The notes under the pieces are model-generated. The model did no database searches. It had not been told where the DNA came from and worked only from the letters and a program-made list of their open reading frames with translations. Below, piece by piece: positions 38,936 through 48,325 of a stretch of 62,693 bases of DNA (the stretch's first letter is position 1; each line of letters starts with the position of its first letter). The stretch lies in IMG/VR virus record IMGVR_UViG_3300047379_001393, positions 1 to 62,693 of that record; one strand, given 5' to 3'. The translations under genes and the position numbers were made by a program. This DNA is from a virus (lineage: Duplodnaviria > Caudoviricetes).

Positions 38936-40057
38936 TTATATCCGAAAAATTCTCAAACCTTTAGAAGAGCTTACTCCAAATTGGAAAGAAGATGATACCG
39001 TTGATTGACCTCCAATTTGATTGGAGAAGGATTGAGATTTAAGTTGTGCATGATCAATTTGAATATTACTTATTACAGACGATAAAGAAAGTATACCTTT
39101 ATGATGATATCGATCAGTATGTTTAATTAGTATTTCATATCGCGCACCTTCTCTAAAAAAAGATTCTATTTCCCCTTCGGAATATTCTCTCAATATCATA
39201 TCAATTTCAGCAGACCCAATAATTGGTAGCTTTAATTTTCTATCAAAAACATAGTTACTTCCAAACCCATATATATCTTGACGATCAATTGGTATATTTA
39301 CAGAAATACTTTGTATCGCGGCAGACAAGCTTTCGATAGGAGATCCTCCATGATCTCCAGCTTCCTTTGATATCTCTATAATCATATCTCCAGGCATGAC
39401 AGCATTACCTTCATCAACAATCTCTTCTTCAAAACTTTGCGAGTCCAAGAATAATTCTTCGCTAGAAAAGTAATTATCAACACCGAGACTCACAGAAGGT
39501 AAAGTCGGAAGCTCTGAAGGGTTATAAATATCAAATTTCATATTACTTCCTGCATAAGAAATAGAGGCTGTAGGTAAAGATCCGACCTCAGCATTGTAAG
39601 AGTAATTAGTTAAAAAACAGTTACCCATGCCAATAATATGATATCCAGAAAACCCATCATCAGGAACAAAATTTAAATCTCTATGTTTTACGTCACTTGC
39701 TGCGACAATAATAATATTCGTATCATCAGTCGTTGGCGCATCAAAATAATTCTTTAATATGCTTGCGTCAGAATATGTATACAAGCCAATAGTAGATTCA
39801 TTCTCTCCGCTAGAGAACAAATAATTAATATCGCACGTAATTTCTGGTTGTCGGACTATGGGGGAGTCGAGATTTCTTTGAACAAGGCTATCGGAACCTA
39901 TTTGAGCCACATCTAATGTAGGATGATTAAATTCGTAGTTCAGACCCTGCAATCTTATAAGATTCCCTGAGGTTGTCCCATTGTCTTTATATGCAGGAAA
40001 ATCAGTTACTAAAACACCGAATTTTTCATATGTAAATCTTACTGGAGTGCAGCCCAT
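38936..40057 (-). CDS. Tail tube protein paralog
   Basis: GMGNCFLTNYSYNAEVGSLPTAS vs ALGNGYVSNYSIEASVGSMPTAS; PGDM vs PGDI; SAAIQSISVNIPIDR vs SAHIQSFSIDVPLSR. Confidence 0.75.
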   Translation of the reverse strand: MGCTPVRFTYEKFGVLVTDFPAYKDNGTTSGNLIRLQGLNYEFNHPTLDVAQIGSDSLVQRNLDSPIVRQPEITCDINYLFSSGENESTIGLYTYSDASILKNYFDAPTTDDTNIIIVAASDVKHRDLNFVPDDGFSGYHIIGMGNCFLTNYSYNAEVGSLPTASISYAGSNMKFDIYNPSELPTLPSVSLGVDNYFSSEELFLDSQSFEEEIVDEGNAVMPGDMIIEISKEAGDHGGSPIESLSAAIQSISVNIPIDRQDIYGFGSNYVFDRKLKLPIIGSAEIDMILREYSEGEIESFFREGARYEILIKHTDRYHHKGILSLSSVISNIQIDHAQLKSQSFSNQIGGQSTVSSSFQFGVSSSKGLRIFRI

Positions 40058-40066
40058 TAATCTGAT

Positions 40067-40091
40067 TACACCTTTTCATCTATTAAGTGTA
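40067..40091. promoter_or_regulatory. Divergent pair of GTGTA motifs (TACAC-N15-GTGTA)
   Basis: TACAC 40067-40071 and GTGTA 40087-40091 between divergent genes. Confidence 0.6.
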
Positions 40092-40108
40092 TAAATAAAA
40101 GACCCGCC

Positions 40109-41515
40109 ATGCCTAATAAAAGAATATCAGATCTAAACGAAACAAAAAAGTTATACAATTATAACACCGAGGGATTTCGCAGTAGCGCAAAACTATATGA
40201 TAACCCCTCAGACGAAGAATCATTTTTATTGCTAGCTAGAACAAAAATTCAAAATGAAAAAGTAAAATTCAAACGAATAAAAGGCTCTTTATTAGATAAT
40301 GCTTTATATTTGACAGGAAAGCAGCTTGTTAGTGGCTCAAAAACGTTTGCAAATTCATGTACATTTTTAAGCAGAACAAATGTCAGCGAGATTATAGACA
40401 AAACATTAAATGGAGATATTAGTGGAAATATTTTTGTAGGAGAGTCGGGCTTGTTTCAAAATATGGGTATAGGAAAATCTTTTTCTGAAAGATCAGATGA
40501 GCCCGAATATACCTTAGATATATCAGGAGATTCTTGTTTTTTTGGAGATTTAACGCAAACAGGAGACTTTTTTCAGAGTGGAGATTTTTTGCGCATAGGA
40601 GAATCCAAGCAAATTGGTGATACCGTAATCTTTGGAGATAAAACAGTAACTGAAAATATATACGCTAAAGAGAATATATTCCACTATCAAGACTTAGATA
40701 CATTTATAAATTTTCAAAAAGAGTCTACTTCTATACAAGCCGGAGATGATGCTCGAATTGAAATTCAAAATTCGGGCAATCAAATAATATTTGATACATC
40801 AAACCAAGAACAAGTTAGGCTTACAGAAAGTGGGAGGCTAGCGATAAACAACGCAGATCCGCTAGGTCAGCTTTCAGTTACAGGTAAAACTTTTATACAA
40901 GATATATTTGTTTTTGACGAAGCAACTCAAGCTTTCACAAGAGTATATGGAGGAAGAAGTGAAAACATTTCATTTAAAACGCAATTACTCGACGGAGCAG
41001 ATAAACAAAATATACTTTTACCAAAACAATTTCACTCAAAACCAATTATCTCTGCAGTATTGGAAAATAAAAACGGCGGAGTTATTATACCTATATGCAT
41101 TGAAAACGTAACAAAAAATGATTTCGATATTAAACTCGGATCGATTCTAACAAGCAGAGATTATTATCTTCACACCATTGCACTTGAGCCTACATTTCAT
41201 GATGGAGTGAATTCAGTGCATTACGAAAACTATCCGAATGTGACTTGTCTTGATCCTGCGAACAACAGATATAACATTCAACGATTTTCCACGCAAGTTC
41301 AAGAAGAATCTGACGAAGTTCAAATATTTTTTCCGTTTGGGTTTAAAGAAACGCCTTCTGTATCAGTTACGATAGAGGGTCCAAACAATATTGTTCCGTA
41401 TACAATATCTAGTGTAAATAATGATTCATATAAAATTATTTTCGGAACTAAGGTGAATCAAAATTACACAATACATACTTTTTCAAGCAAGCCGGGCTTT
41501 ACTAGATTAGGGTAA
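40109..41515 (+). CDS. Tail fibre-like virion protein
   Basis: 468 aa; RISDL start, LTG.Q.VSG.KTF fibre motif, two F...F...P.VS.T.E C-terminal domains; paralog of the next gene. Confidence 0.7.
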   Translation: MPNKRISDLNETKKLYNYNTEGFRSSAKLYDNPSDEESFLLLARTKIQNEKVKFKRIKGSLLDNALYLTGKQLVSGSKTFANSCTFLSRTNVSEIIDKTLNGDISGNIFVGESGLFQNMGIGKSFSERSDEPEYTLDISGDSCFFGDLTQTGDFFQSGDFLRIGESKQIGDTVIFGDKTVTENIYAKENIFHYQDLDTFINFQKESTSIQAGDDARIEIQNSGNQIIFDTSNQEQVRLTESGRLAINNADPLGQLSVTGKTFIQDIFVFDEATQAFTRVYGGRSENISFKTQLLDGADKQNILLPKQFHSKPIISAVLENKNGGVIIPICIENVTKNDFDIKLGSILTSRDYYLHTIALEPTFHDGVNSVHYENYPNVTCLDPANNRYNIQRFSTQVQEESDEVQIFFPFGFKETPSVSVTIEGPNNIVPYTISSVNNDSYKIIFGTKVNQNYTIHTFSSKPGFTRLG

Positions 41516-43458
41516 TGAATAAAGACAACAGAATATCCAATTTACCAGAGAATTTTAATCTTTACTCGAATAAGGTTGAACCATTTCCCCATAAACCTGC
41601 CCAACCGATAGATCCAACTCAAAGCGATGATGACGTTCTATTTTTGATTACAAAATCCGGATCACATAACGAAAAAATTACATATTCAAATTTAAAATCA
41701 TCTATATTAGATAACACTGTTTTCCTAACAGGAGATCAATTAATTAGTGGCGAAAAGACTTTCGCTGATACATGCACATTCCAAGATACAGTTTATGTAC
41801 ATGAAGTCATTGATATTACTGAAACCGGAGATATTAGTGGGAATATTTTCGTTGGAGAAACTGGATTATTTGAGAAAGTTGGAGTCGGATTACATTTTAC
41901 AGACAGAAGAATATTGAAAGAAGTATACTCAGACTTTCCAGATAATGAAGATGGTTATCTAGAATATGATTTCGGTGGAGGTATAGACCCACAGACGTAT
42001 AGCGGTGGTTTAGATTTTGTTGACGGCGCTCCTGATTTCTCAACATCGGTCTCGTCTTACCCTTTATATGAACCATCTGGATGGTATAACTCAAATATAC
42101 CTATTTCTCAACAAAATAACGAAGAAGATCTATCGTTAGATAACAACCTTTTAAGCCCTGATTATATTCATAGAGAAATGCGAGGATCTTGGGCTGGTAT
42201 TTCGTTTGAAGAGGCGTTTTACTACAAATCATTTTCTATTTTTCATTCAGGCCTAGATCATTGCGCCGAAAACTTAAAAGTCGTTGCATCAAATAACGAT
42301 GTAGACTGGAATATCATACATCATATATCAGGACTTAAAACCGGCGATTATAATACGGGAAATCAAGCTTCAACTTTTACATTAGATGATTTTTATCCGC
42401 AAAAATATTCTCACTATAGATTAGTTGCAGAAAAAGTTATATCAGGAAACTTTTGGCAGTTTAATCATTTTAATTTTTCTGGACTAGAATTCGACTTACG
42501 GAGAAAAAGTGTTGACCCACAGTATACCTTGCATGTTTCTGGAGATTCTTGTTTTCTCGGGGACATTACCCACACTGGATTTGGGAGACAAAGTGGAAAT
42601 TTATACAGAATAGGAAATACAACTCAAACAGGAGACTCTTATATAGATGGAAATGAAACAGTAACAGGAGACATTTATGTAGGAGAAACAATTTACCATT
42701 TAAACAATGAAGATACTTATATTAGGTTTAAAGAAGATGATATTAAAATTCAAGCTGGAACTGGAGCAAAACTAACGCTTAGCGAATCAGGTAATAACAA
42801 AATACAATTCTATACAAGCGGTATCGAACAAATGCGTATAAATGAAAGCGGATTTGTCGGAATAAATACGGCAACTCCTTTTGCGGAATTATGCGTAACT
42901 GGAGACTCTTATTTAGAATGCGTTTTCACTACAGGTGAAGATGGGAGATGGGAGAGAGTTTTCGGTGGATCTGATGAAGACATTTCTTTTGTCACAGAAT
43001 TACCCAAAGGTCAAGACAGCTATCAGATAGATTTTCCAAAAACTTTTGGCATTGATCCGTCCGTAACATTGACTATGGAAAATAATATGGGTGGACCAAT
43101 TATTCCGTATTGTATCTCTGGAGTAAATAATTTTCAGTATCATATTAATTTTGCCTCTAATTTATTAAATGACGGATACAAGATTCATACCCTTGCTAGG
43201 CCAACAGGTCACTTATCATTAAATAAAACGACTACGCAATCTTTTATTCAAGAAATTTTTCCTGAGCCCGGAAAAGATATATATGAAATATTTTATCCTC
43301 AAGCTTTTCATACAAACCCAGTTGTATCCGCGACATTAGAGCATGAAAACATTATAATACCTTTCGTTATATCCGGAATTCAGCAGGATTCATTTAAAGT
43401 AGTACTAGGTAGAGAGCTTTACGACAACTGTAAAATTCACATTCATGCTGTACGTTAG
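41515..43458 (+). CDS. Tail fibre-like virion protein with inserted discoidin/F5-8-like domain
   Basis: 647 aa; collinear with 40109..41515 plus an insert of about 200 aa (VVASNNDVDW...YSHYRLV). Confidence 0.7.
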   Translation: MNKDNRISNLPENFNLYSNKVEPFPHKPAQPIDPTQSDDDVLFLITKSGSHNEKITYSNLKSSILDNTVFLTGDQLISGEKTFADTCTFQDTVYVHEVIDITETGDISGNIFVGETGLFEKVGVGLHFTDRRILKEVYSDFPDNEDGYLEYDFGGGIDPQTYSGGLDFVDGAPDFSTSVSSYPLYEPSGWYNSNIPISQQNNEEDLSLDNNLLSPDYIHREMRGSWAGISFEEAFYYKSFSIFHSGLDHCAENLKVVASNNDVDWNIIHHISGLKTGDYNTGNQASTFTLDDFYPQKYSHYRLVAEKVISGNFWQFNHFNFSGLEFDLRRKSVDPQYTLHVSGDSCFLGDITHTGFGRQSGNLYRIGNTTQTGDSYIDGNETVTGDIYVGETIYHLNNEDTYIRFKEDDIKIQAGTGAKLTLSESGNNKIQFYTSGIEQMRINESGFVGINTATPFAELCVTGDSYLECVFTTGEDGRWERVFGGSDEDISFVTELPKGQDSYQIDFPKTFGIDPSVTLTMENNMGGPIIPYCISGVNNFQYHINFASNLLNDGYKIHTLARPTGHLSLNKTTTQSFIQEIFPEPGKDIYEIFYPQAFHTNPVVSATLEHENIIIPFVISGIQQDSFKVVLGRELYDNCKIHIHAVR

Positions 43459-43483
43459 AAGAAAACTTGTGTAATAAATTAAG

Positions 43484-45400
43484 ATGATCTCACAACATTT
43501 ATTTACTTCCGATCAGATTAGCGGTAAAATACTGCTTATCGACGAAATTAGCACTGATAATTTAAATATAGCTAATGACCTAGATGTTGGAGGATCAATC
43601 TCCTGCACTGGATCTCTAGGTCTAGGTATATCTCACCCGAACTACAAGCTCCACGTTATAGGTGACACGAATATAGAAGGAGACTTAACAGTTATTGGTG
43701 AATCAAATTTTAATGGAGATGTAAATATTTCTGGAGCCTTAGCAGTTGAAGAGGAAGCTATCTTTGACGGAGACGTTACCGCTAATGAAAATGTTACGAT
43801 CAAGAAAGATCTTGCAGTTAGCGGAAATTCCACTTTTAACGGAGACGTTACCGCTAATGAAAATGTTACGATCAATAAAGATCTTACAGTTAACGGAGAT
43901 TCGATTTTCGAAGGAGACGTTACCGCTAATGAAAATGTTACGATCAATAAAGATCTTACAGTTAACGGAGATTCGATTTTCGAAGGAGACGTTACCGCTA
44001 ATGAAAATGTTACGATCGAAGGGGACACAATTTTTAATGGAAATGTTGAATTTGAAGGAGATGATCCTTTAATAGTTAAAAACGGAATTCTTGAAATTCT
44101 CGAAGCAGTATCTGCCCCGACATTAGTACAAAATAAACTTTATAATTTAAATGGCAGTCTCTTCTGGAGTGGGGTAGATATACTAAACAGTTCTGACACA
44201 ATTGCCGAACTAGAAGACACAAATATCTCCTCTCAAGGAAACGGAGAATTATTAATATATAACGACACTTTAGATAAATGGGTTAACGCAAATTTAATTG
44301 CAGGAACGAATGTATCTTTACAGTTCTCATCTTCTAATTCTAATATAACAATTTCTTCTTCAGATATAGATGTATCTTTAGCTAATTTAAAAAACAAATT
44401 ATCTTCAAATCTTGGCACGCTTACTATCGGAGACTCAAATGATGTTGTAAAAATAAATGGTTCTCTAGAAGTCATCGGAACAACAACAACAAATAATGTT
44501 GAAGTAGTATCAACAAGTAATGGTGTTGTCTTTGAAGGTTCTGCGATAGATAATTTTGAAGGAACGTTAAAGGCGGGAACATTGAACGCAGATCGCACTT
44601 ATATTTTACCAAATAAAGACGGCACAATCGCAATGACTGGTGACATACCTACAAACGTCAATCAATTAGTGAATGACGCAGGATATTTAACTAGCCACCC
44701 TAATATTTCAGCGGCAAGTTCGTCAAATAACAGCGGAAGAACTTACGTACAAGATATAACACTAGATAGTAATGGTCACGTAACTTCGATTGCAACAGCA
44801 ACAGAAACAGTGGTCGATACAAACTTTGACACGACCTATTCCGCAGGAACCCATTTAAACCTAGACTCTACAACATTTTCTGTAAAAAGAGATCTTCGAG
44901 GGGCGGGAACTAATCCGAGCGAAGGTGTTTATGCTATTGGGCAAAATACTCAGAGTTATTTTATAATTCACGGTATTCTTGGGGGAATTAGTGCAGACAC
45001 CTATTTAGGGGGAACGCATGTATCAAGATTAAAAGCGAATGGCGATCTTCACGTTGATGGAGATGTCGTAGCTTTTTCTACTGCGGCATCCGACGAAAAA
45101 TTAAAAGATAATATAAACACCATAGATAATGCTCTTTATAAAGTAAATAAATTAAGAGGCGTAGAGTTTGAGTGGAATACAACCTCCAGAAAAGGAGAGA
45201 AAGACATAGGTGTTGTAGCTCAAGAGGTTGCAGAAGTTTTACCTGAAATTGTTCGCGAAAAAACTCCATGCGTTGGAGAGTTTTGTGAAAATACAGAAAA
45301 ATATAAAACAGTAGATTATCAAAAATTAACAGCAGTTTTAATTGAAGCCGTAAAAGAGCTTTCTGCTGAAGTAGAAGATTTAAAGAAAAAATTATCTTGA
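43484..45400 (+). CDS. Tail fibre protein with C-terminal peptidase S74 chaperone
   Basis: LGISHPNYKLHVIG, beta-repeat region, SDEKLKDNI...GVVAQEV..VLPEIV...VDY; GTGTA 10 nt upstream of ATG. Confidence 0.88.
   Translation: MISQHLFTSDQISGKILLIDEISTDNLNIANDLDVGGSISCTGSLGLGISHPNYKLHVIGDTNIEGDLTVIGESNFNGDVNISGALAVEEEAIFDGDVTANENVTIKKDLAVSGNSTFNGDVTANENVTINKDLTVNGDSIFEGDVTANENVTINKDLTVNGDSIFEGDVTANENVTIEGDTIFNGNVEFEGDDPLIVKNGILEILEAVSAPTLVQNKLYNLNGSLFWSGVDILNSSDTIAELEDTNISSQGNGELLIYNDTLDKWVNANLIAGTNVSLQFSSSNSNITISSSDIDVSLANLKNKLSSNLGTLTIGDSNDVVKINGSLEVIGTTTTNNVEVVSTSNGVVFEGSAIDNFEGTLKAGTLNADRTYILPNKDGTIAMTGDIPTNVNQLVNDAGYLTSHPNISAASSSNNSGRTYVQDITLDSNGHVTSIATATETVVDTNFDTTYSAGTHLNLDSTTFSVKRDLRGAGTNPSEGVYAIGQNTQSYFIIHGILGGISADTYLGGTHVSRLKANGDLHVDGDVVAFSTAASDEKLKDNINTIDNALYKVNKLRGVEFEWNTTSRKGEKDIGVVAQEVAEVLPEIVREKTPCVGEFCENTEKYKTVDYQKLTAVLIEAVKELSAEVEDLKKKLS
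43763..44017 (+). repeat. 72-bp coding tandem repeat, about 3.5 copies
   Basis: GGAGACGTTACCGCTAATGAAAATGTTACGATC recurs at 43769, 43841, 43913 and 43985 (24-aa unit F.GDVTANENVTI.KDL.V.G.S.). Confidence 0.95.
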
Positions 45401-45425
45401 CTTTTATAGCTAAATTAGCTATAAT
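45397..45425 (+). promoter_or_regulatory. Sigma70-type promoter (probable leaderless transcript)
   Basis: TTGACT-N17-TATAAT; ATG 6 nt downstream. Confidence 0.8.
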
Positions 45426-45431
45426 TGTCGC

Positions 45432-45986
45432 ATGGTAAAATTCGAAGAAAAAAATCTATTGTATAAAACCAAGTGTTATTTGGTTGGCCATATGCAGTAT
45501 GTCAGTGGTCGTAATTGGAGAGAAGAAGTAACCGAAAAGCTAAAAACTTTAAGCATTACATGCTTCGACCCTTATAAAAAACCTTTTATTAAAGATGTCG
45601 AAGAAGATGAAGCTCAAAGAGTAGAAATGGAAACTTGGATGAAGACAAAGCAGTACGATAGAGTAACCGAAAGAATGAAAACTGTACGAGCATACGATTT
45701 AAATCTTGTCGATAGAAGTGATTTTATTATAGCGCATCTTGTACCAGAGGTAGCTAGCTGGGGAAGCGCAGAAGAAATCGTGACAGCAGTAAGAGAGAAA
45801 AAACCCGTCTTCGTCAGCATGGAAGGGGGTAAAACTAAAACTCCTTTATGGATGCTTGGTATGTTTCCGCATAAATATATTTATAATAGTATCGAAGAAA
45901 TAGTAGAAATGCTACATGCTATTGATGCAGGAAGCAAACCCATTGATTCAGATCGATGGAGACTATTAAAAAAAGAATTCAGATGA
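45432..45986 (+). CDS. Nucleoside 2-deoxyribosyltransferase-like / nucleotide N-glycosidase family protein
   Basis: YLVGHM...WR...FDP...DL..VDRSD...GSAEE...KPV pattern of the NDT fold. Confidence 0.7.
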   Translation: MVKFEEKNLLYKTKCYLVGHMQYVSGRNWREEVTEKLKTLSITCFDPYKKPFIKDVEEDEAQRVEMETWMKTKQYDRVTERMKTVRAYDLNLVDRSDFIIAHLVPEVASWGSAEEIVTAVREKKPVFVSMEGGKTKTPLWMLGMFPHKYIYNSIEEIVEMLHAIDAGSKPIDSDRWRLLKKEFR

Positions 45987-46105
45987 TAGAGACCCTAGCT
46001 TCAGCCTATTTCGAACTCTTTCCTGGAGACTGGCTATTTGGAGGAATAATTTCAACAGTTATTTATTATTTTAAATTCAAAAAAGACGATGATTTTTATG
46101 GATAA
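45983..46105 (+). CDS. Small putative membrane protein (40 aa, absent from the ORF track)
   Basis: MIETLASAYFELFPGDWLFGGIISTVIYYFKFKKDDDFYG*; ATGA overlap with upstream stop; fills the gap to guaC. Confidence 0.6.
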   Translation: MIETLASAYFELFPGDWLFGGIISTVIYYFKFKKDDDFYG

Positions 46106-47072
46106 GCAGTATAAATATTCGGATATTGTACTCGTTCCTGAGTACAGCGAATGTTTAAGTAGGTCAGAATGCGGCACAAGCATCAATTTCTGCGGTTTTA
46201 AATTCAAGCTTCCAATTATTCCAGCTAACATGCAGTCTGTAATTAATATGGATTTAGCTAAATGGTTGAGTGAAAACGATTATTTTTATGTCATGCATAG
46301 ATTCAACAATGACCTTGCTGATAATGTAGCTATTGCAAATGCAGAAAACTGGAAACTAATATCTTTTAGCGTAGGAGTTCAAGATCCAGATCAAGATAAA
46401 ATATATAAAATAAAAAAACGCGGAGATGTTGTTGACTTTTTAACAATAGATATCGCACATGGTCATTCAAAAAAAATGATTGAGATGATCAAGTTCATCA
46501 AGAAAGAATTACCTAATACAAAAATTATTGCAGGAAATGTAGCAACAAAGCAGGCTGTTATTGATTTAGCTAATGCTGGCGCAGATGTGGTAAAAGTTGG
46601 AATTGGTCAAGGTTCTCCATGTACAACAAAAGATAAAACTGGATTTACATTACCAATGTTTAGTTGCGTTAAATCTTGCGCTAAAGTATATATCGGAGAA
46701 GATGAAAATAACTTACAAAAAGTTCCAATTATTGCTGACGGAGGAATTAAATGCAATGGAGATATAGCAAAAGCTATGGTTGCGGGAGCAGACATGGCAA
46801 TGGCTGGAGGTTTGTTCGCAAGTTGTATGGATAGCCCTGCTTCAGTTGTAGAAATTAATGGAGAGTTTCATAAGGCTTATTTTGGATCAGCGAGCTACGA
46901 AAATAAAAAACATCGGAATCATATCGAAGGTAAATTAAATAAAATTAAAAACAACGGAATGACATACGAGCAAAAATTAAAAGAAATAAAACAAGATCTA
47001 CAAAGCTCTATATCATATGCTGGAGGCAAAGATATTAATATTTTACAAAAAACCAAATATTTATATCAATAA
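46098..47072 (+). CDS. guaC: GMP reductase
   Basis: PIIPANM, TIDIAHGH, IAGNVAT, KVGIGQGSPCTTKDKTGF, IIADGGI, YFGSAS, LQSSISYAGG; no CBS domains; start at ATG 46098 (or 46089). Confidence 0.92.
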   Translation: MDKQYKYSDIVLVPEYSECLSRSECGTSINFCGFKFKLPIIPANMQSVINMDLAKWLSENDYFYVMHRFNNDLADNVAIANAENWKLISFSVGVQDPDQDKIYKIKKRGDVVDFLTIDIAHGHSKKMIEMIKFIKKELPNTKIIAGNVATKQAVIDLANAGADVVKVGIGQGSPCTTKDKTGFTLPMFSCVKSCAKVYIGEDENNLQKVPIIADGGIKCNGDIAKAMVAGADMAMAGGLFASCMDSPASVVEINGEFHKAYFGSASYENKKHRNHIEGKLNKIKNNGMTYEQKLKEIKQDLQSSISYAGGKDINILQKTKYLYQ

Positions 47073-47075
47073 GAC

Positions 47076-47104
47076 TTGACATTTATATTTTTATATACTA
47101 TAAT
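47076..47104 (+). promoter_or_regulatory. Consensus sigma70 promoter (probable leaderless transcript)
   Basis: TTGACA-N17-TATAAT; ATG 7 nt downstream (47112). Confidence 0.88.
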
Positions 47105-47111
47105 CTTTCAC

Positions 47112-47288
47112 ATGAACAAAGCAACAGCAAAACAAATTCGTAAAATATTAAATTACGACCCAAACTTTTCTGATGCAACGCAAAAGCGAGTATATTCTCG
47201 CGCCAAAAAACAATACAACAAATTAAGTAAAGGAGCAAGACCTCTATTCTTGCAAGAATTGTATAATTTATATAATCAATCTAAATAA
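47112..47288 (+). CDS. Small basic hypothetical protein
   Basis: 58 aa from ATG 47112 (MNKATAKQIRK...), directly after the promoter. Confidence 0.7.
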   Translation: MNKATAKQIRKILNYDPNFSDATQKRVYSRAKKQYNKLSKGARPLFLQELYNLYNQSK

Positions 47289-47290
47289 TT

Positions 47291-47620
47291 ATGAGTAATC
47301 AAACACAAGAAAAACAAGATTCAAAGTGGCGCAGTAGAGAGCTTGGAGCTCTTTGGGTGCGAAGTGGTAAAAGCCAGAAGTACCTTTCTGGAAGTATTAA
47401 TGTTGAAACTATGCCTGGAGTTACAGAGCAACTTAAAGTTGTTGTATTTACCAATAAGGGTAGAGAGAAAAACGAAAAAGCTCCAGATTATGTTATCTAT
47501 AGATCTGAAGAGCAAGCTCAACAAGATGTAGATAAGGTAGCTCAGGCTGCAGCTGAAGAAGTTCAGACCGCACAACCAAGTGTATCTAAAGATGAGGACA
47601 TTCCTGAGGAATTGTTCTGA
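47291..47620 (+). CDS. DUF736-like protein, possible ssDNA-binding protein
   Basis: LGALW...KYLSG.I...VF.NK....KAPDY.I motif; acidic tail DEDIPEELF. Confidence 0.65.
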   Translation: MSNQTQEKQDSKWRSRELGALWVRSGKSQKYLSGSINVETMPGVTEQLKVVVFTNKGREKNEKAPDYVIYRSEEQAQQDVDKVAQAAAEEVQTAQPSVSKDEDIPEELF

Positions 47621-47638
47621 TTGATCTTTAACATTTAT

Positions 47639-48004
47639 GGGCGTGTACTGGATTCGATTTAAATTGAATTTGTATACTGCAAGTAGGAGTGTGTCTGGCT
47701 CCTTTAAAAGGCACAAACCATTACTCGGCAAAAATCTTAGTAATGTTGAAAGCTTCGCTCCAAAAAGCGAAGTTTTCGCTTTGGCAGCATAACGTCTGTC
47801 GCCTCGCAACCTTTGACGCAGATAGAAGGATTGCGGGGTTACCAATCTGCAAAACAGAAAAAGTTTTCTTGAATCACAAACTGTAAATAATTGAAACAAG
47901 AAGTTGGATGTTAATATCATAACTATAAAAAAAATTAACTAAACTTGTAGATGTATATTATTGAAAATTTAAAGACGGGAGTTCGACTCTCCCCACGTCC
48001 ACCA
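47639..48004 (+). ncRNA. ssrA: tmRNA (transfer-messenger RNA)
   Basis: 5' GGGCGTG pairs with 3' CACGTCC-ACCA including G3.U70; GGATTCGA D-loop-like motif; T arm GGGAG-TTCGACT-CTCCC; tag frame 47727-47792 GKNLSNVESFAPKSEVFALAA*. Confidence 0.96.
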
Positions 48005-48012
48005 ATTTTTAA

Positions 48013-48324
48013 ATGAATTTTTTTAAAAAACTAAAAAGCTTTCTTCCGATTAAAATAACGGGAGCTCAAAAAGAGAAAGAGAAAGAGAAAGAAGAAGATA
48101 TATTTTATTTTATACTGCATAAATTAACCCAGCAAAAAAGAAATCTTAGCAATAAACCCCCCGACTTAAATGAAAAAGAATGGCTTGATGCAGTAAATAT
48201 TATGATATTTGCATTTAGCGCAAAAAAAAATAATAGATTAAAATCTCGAGCAAGATCAAAAAGACAGCAACCAAAAATCCAGAAAGGATTTATGTTATTT
48301 CAACGATATATCAAATATTTATAA
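48013..48324 (+). CDS. Hypothetical protein
   Basis: 103 aa Lys-rich ORF in operon orientation. Confidence 0.65.
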   Translation: MNFFKKLKSFLPIKITGAQKEKEKEKEEDIFYFILHKLTQQKRNLSNKPPDLNEKEWLDAVNIMIFAFSAKKNNRLKSRARSKRQQPKIQKGFMLFQRYIKYL

Positions 48325-48325
48325 T

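Noticed and set aside
43642-44072. Repetitive ORFs on the other frame and strand; possible CRISPR-like array
   Set aside because: Shadows of the 72-bp in-frame coding repeat; units are contiguous with no unique spacers and no cas genes.
8366-45400. Diversity-generating retroelement or invertase-driven fibre switching
   Set aside because: No reverse transcriptase or recombinase gene, and no near-identical template/variable repeat pair noticed; the two S74 domains are diverged paralogs.
47321-47920. 199-aa minus-strand ORF and 65-aa plus-strand ORF 47689..47886
   Set aside because: They overlap the tmRNA and the DUF736-like gene and show no protein-like motifs.
47970-48004. Standalone tRNA gene or prophage attachment site
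   Set aside because: The T-arm and CCA belong to the tmRNA; no anticodon arm, no duplicated 3' end and no integrase in the window.
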